A DNA stretch of 64,000 nt, taken from the NCBI RefSeq assembly GCF_018350175.1, contig NC_058383.1, forward strand, positions 25,732,001-25,796,000. Direction: 5' to 3'. Origin of the DNA: Felis catus (Eukaryota). Every line of letters starts with the position of its first letter. Within the stretch, counting starts at the first letter, position 1. Both the position numbers and the translations under genes were made by a program. Positions 61,968 through 64,000 of this stretch are shown here, piece after piece. The notes beneath the pieces are model-generated. The model saw only the letters and a list, made by a program, of their open reading frames with translations, did no database searches and had not been told where the DNA came from.

Positions 61968-62183
61968 ATTCTTTTTTTTTAACGTTTATTTATTTTTGAG
62001 ACAGAGAGAGACAGAGCATGAATGGGGGAGGGTCAGAGAGAGAGGGAGACACAGAATCTGAAACAGGCTCCAGGCTCTGAGTGGTCAGCACAGAGCCTGA
62101 CGCGGGGCTCGAACTCACGGACCGTGAGATCATGACCGGAGCCGAAGTCGGATGCTTAACCGACTGAGCCACCCAGGCGCCCC
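61968..62183 (-). mobile_element. Can-SINE
   Basis: Perfect 19-bp TSD agtcccatttaacatttaa. Confidence 0.95.
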
Positions 62184-62559
62184 AGTCCCATTTAACATTT
62201 AACAAATATTTTGCTTATTGATTTATTAATGGTATCTCATTAGAATTCATCTAATTTCTTCCTGGACAACCGTTTGCCGGCATGTTCACCTCAGGCTACT
62301 TCTCCTACAGCAGCTCTGAGGAGAGTGTCAGCATGGAGATGTTTGGCCTCCGTGTAAGTCCACTGAGACCTTTCTCTGTGGCACCTCTGAAATCAAATCA
62401 CCACCTCTGAAATCAAATCTAAACTAGTTCCATTGATGTTTAACACTCAGACTTGGGTAGAGACACGCTTTTACCTAGAATAGGAGCTTCATGTTTATTG
62501 GAAGCTTCTTAACATTGATGTATGGCCAAAAAATTGGGGAGAATGTATACTTTTTAGCA

Positions 62560-62830
62560 CAAGACACACAGGCCACTCTCATATGTATATTTGGTAAGAA
62601 TTTTTCAAAGTACATCCTCTGGAAGGGCCACATGACAATATGGATCAGGAGCTTTAGGAAAGAACTCACCTTTTGACCCAGAAATTCCACTTCTAGAATT
62701 TGTCCTACATAAACAACCAGACAATTGTGCAAAGATGGCTGCACAAAGATATGTATTACAGCATTTATTATAATAATGATAAACTGGGAATAACCAATAG
62801 GAAAATGGCTACAAAAGACAAGTTTCAAAA
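62560..62830 (+). mobile_element. L1ME-like remnant
   Basis: ttttgacccagaaattccacttctagaattt. Confidence 0.65.
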
Positions 62831-62933
62831 GAAAAGGTTACTTCTAGCATATGTTAAGTGTCTATATGTTATTCTGTCTTCTAAGATTTTTCAAATTTTA
62901 TATTTTTCATTTATTCACTTTAAAAACTTTTAA

Positions 62934-63155
62934 GGGGCGCCTGGGTGGCTCAGTCAGTTGAGTGTCCGACTTCGGCTCAGGTCACGATCTCGCAGTTCGT
63001 GAGTTCGAGCCCTACATCGGGTTCTGTGCTGACAGCTCAGAGCCTGGAGCCTGCTTCGAATTCTGTGTCTCCCTCTCTCTCTGCCCCTTCCCTGCTCATA
63101 CTCTGTCTCTCTCTGTCTCTCAAAAATGAATACATGTTAAAAAAAATTTTTTTTA
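62934..63155 (+). mobile_element. Can-SINE
   Basis: Full structure. Confidence 0.95.
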
Positions 63156-63179
63156 AATTTTAAGTCCCGTTTAGTTATC

Positions 63180-63295
63180 GTAACAGTGTTATATTAGTTT
63201 CAGGTGTACAATATAGTGACTTGACAGTTCCATACATGACTCAGTGCTCATCAAGATAAGTGTACTCTTAGTCCCCTTTACCTGTTTCACCCATC
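63180..63295 (-). mobile_element. Carnivore L1 extreme 3' fragment
   Basis: gtgttatattagtttcaggtgtacaatatagtgact...ctcagtgctcatc. Confidence 0.7.
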
Positions 63296-63714
63296 AAGAT
63301 TTTTAAGGTTTAGAAAGTTTTACAGCAAAATGCCAACAATGATTATTTTGGGGTAACAGTTTCAGCAATTCAAATATTTTTTTTTGCTCTAACTGAATTA
63401 TCTGAATTTTCTTTTTCTAAAACGAACATGTATTGCTCTCTGTATGTAAATAATATTATTTTTTAGGTAATACAGGCTAGTCGATCCAACATTAAAAGGC
63501 TGTAGAGTACTTTTCATGATAATTGCAAAAGAAGCTTTGGTAAAAATACTAAACCACTCTTTGAGATGTATTTTACAGAGAATCCTATTTCTGAGGTTTG
63601 GATGTTAGCTATAATACCCTCTGTTTCAAATTCATCTAACAGTTTTCCCATGGGCACTCTGCATCACAAAAATTCCCCACCAGGCCAAACGCCATAATTG
63701 CACAAGGCTCTTAC

Positions 63715-63799
63715 CAGATAGGCTCTCCAGAAGGACTGAATGATCAGCGCTGCCTCTCCTTCTGTCAGCAGGAGGGAGAGTGGCATTGCCGGCCGTGGG
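63715..63799 (-). CDS. IQCK: IQCK internal coding exon (85 nt) carrying most of the IQ motif
   Basis: Minus strand ttttattgcttttcag|C CCA CGG CCG GCA ATG...TGG AGA GCC TAT CTG|gtaaga. Translates (H)PRPAMPLSLLLTEGEAALIIQSFWRAYL, matching recalled human IQCK HPRPPIPLSLLLTEEEAALYIQSFWRACV. Ends in phase 0. Confidence 0.95.
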
Positions 63800-64000
63800 C
63801 TGAAAAGCAATAAAATGGTCATATGCCCCTGAGAATCCATCCTTCAGTCTCAGCAAGGCCTTTGACAACATAATGGCCTCTCTGATTAAGTGCCTCATCC
63901 ATTTCCATTCTTAGAAAGCAACAATGCCATTTTTGATAGAAAAGTTTAAGCTGGGTTAGCGTGTTTTGTCTTAAAATCGAAGATGGATTTTGTTTTGTTT

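Noticed and set aside
62382..62419. 18-bp direct repeat cacctctgaaatcaaatc with a 20-bp period
   Set aside because: Ordinary short tandem duplication with no sign of function.
63632..63898. 88-aa minus-strand ORF in the track
   Set aside because: It overlaps the real IQCK exon in the wrong frame; the splice-defined frame matches IQCK.

Overview
This is mammalian genomic DNA from a felid, most likely domestic cat, judged by about 68 carnivore tRNA-derived Can-SINEs, many of the feline SINEC_Fc type. It is not prokaryotic. The window appears to lie inside the IQCK gene (IQ motif containing K) on the minus strand. Two short coding exons are present, 63799-63715 (85 nt, (H)PRPAMPLSLLLTEGEAALIIQSFWRAYL) and 30535-30424 (112 nt, VRCDPEIQELRQWQKKLREDNHIHQRVKIFWAKQEQK). 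They join in frame across a 33,179-nt GT-AG intron that splits the IQ motif, and the supplied ORF track shows neither in its true frame. The rest appears to be intron packed with SINEs, old L1/L2/MIR, MaLR and MER21 solo LTRs, hAT/Tigger fossils and microsatellites, plus several repeat-free enhancer-like islands. The most unexpected item is a ~190-bp decayed tektin (TEKT5-like) coding fragment at 41194-41380, embedded in an MLT1 LTR with no poly(A) or target-site duplication (TSD), which suggests mRNA-templated capture. Several L1-endonuclease sites have also been re-used serially; one carries three successive SINEs separated by four copies of the same target. I found no evidence of a new multi-gene system. 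Repeat subfamily names and protein identities come from recall, not searches, and old-repeat boundaries are approximate.
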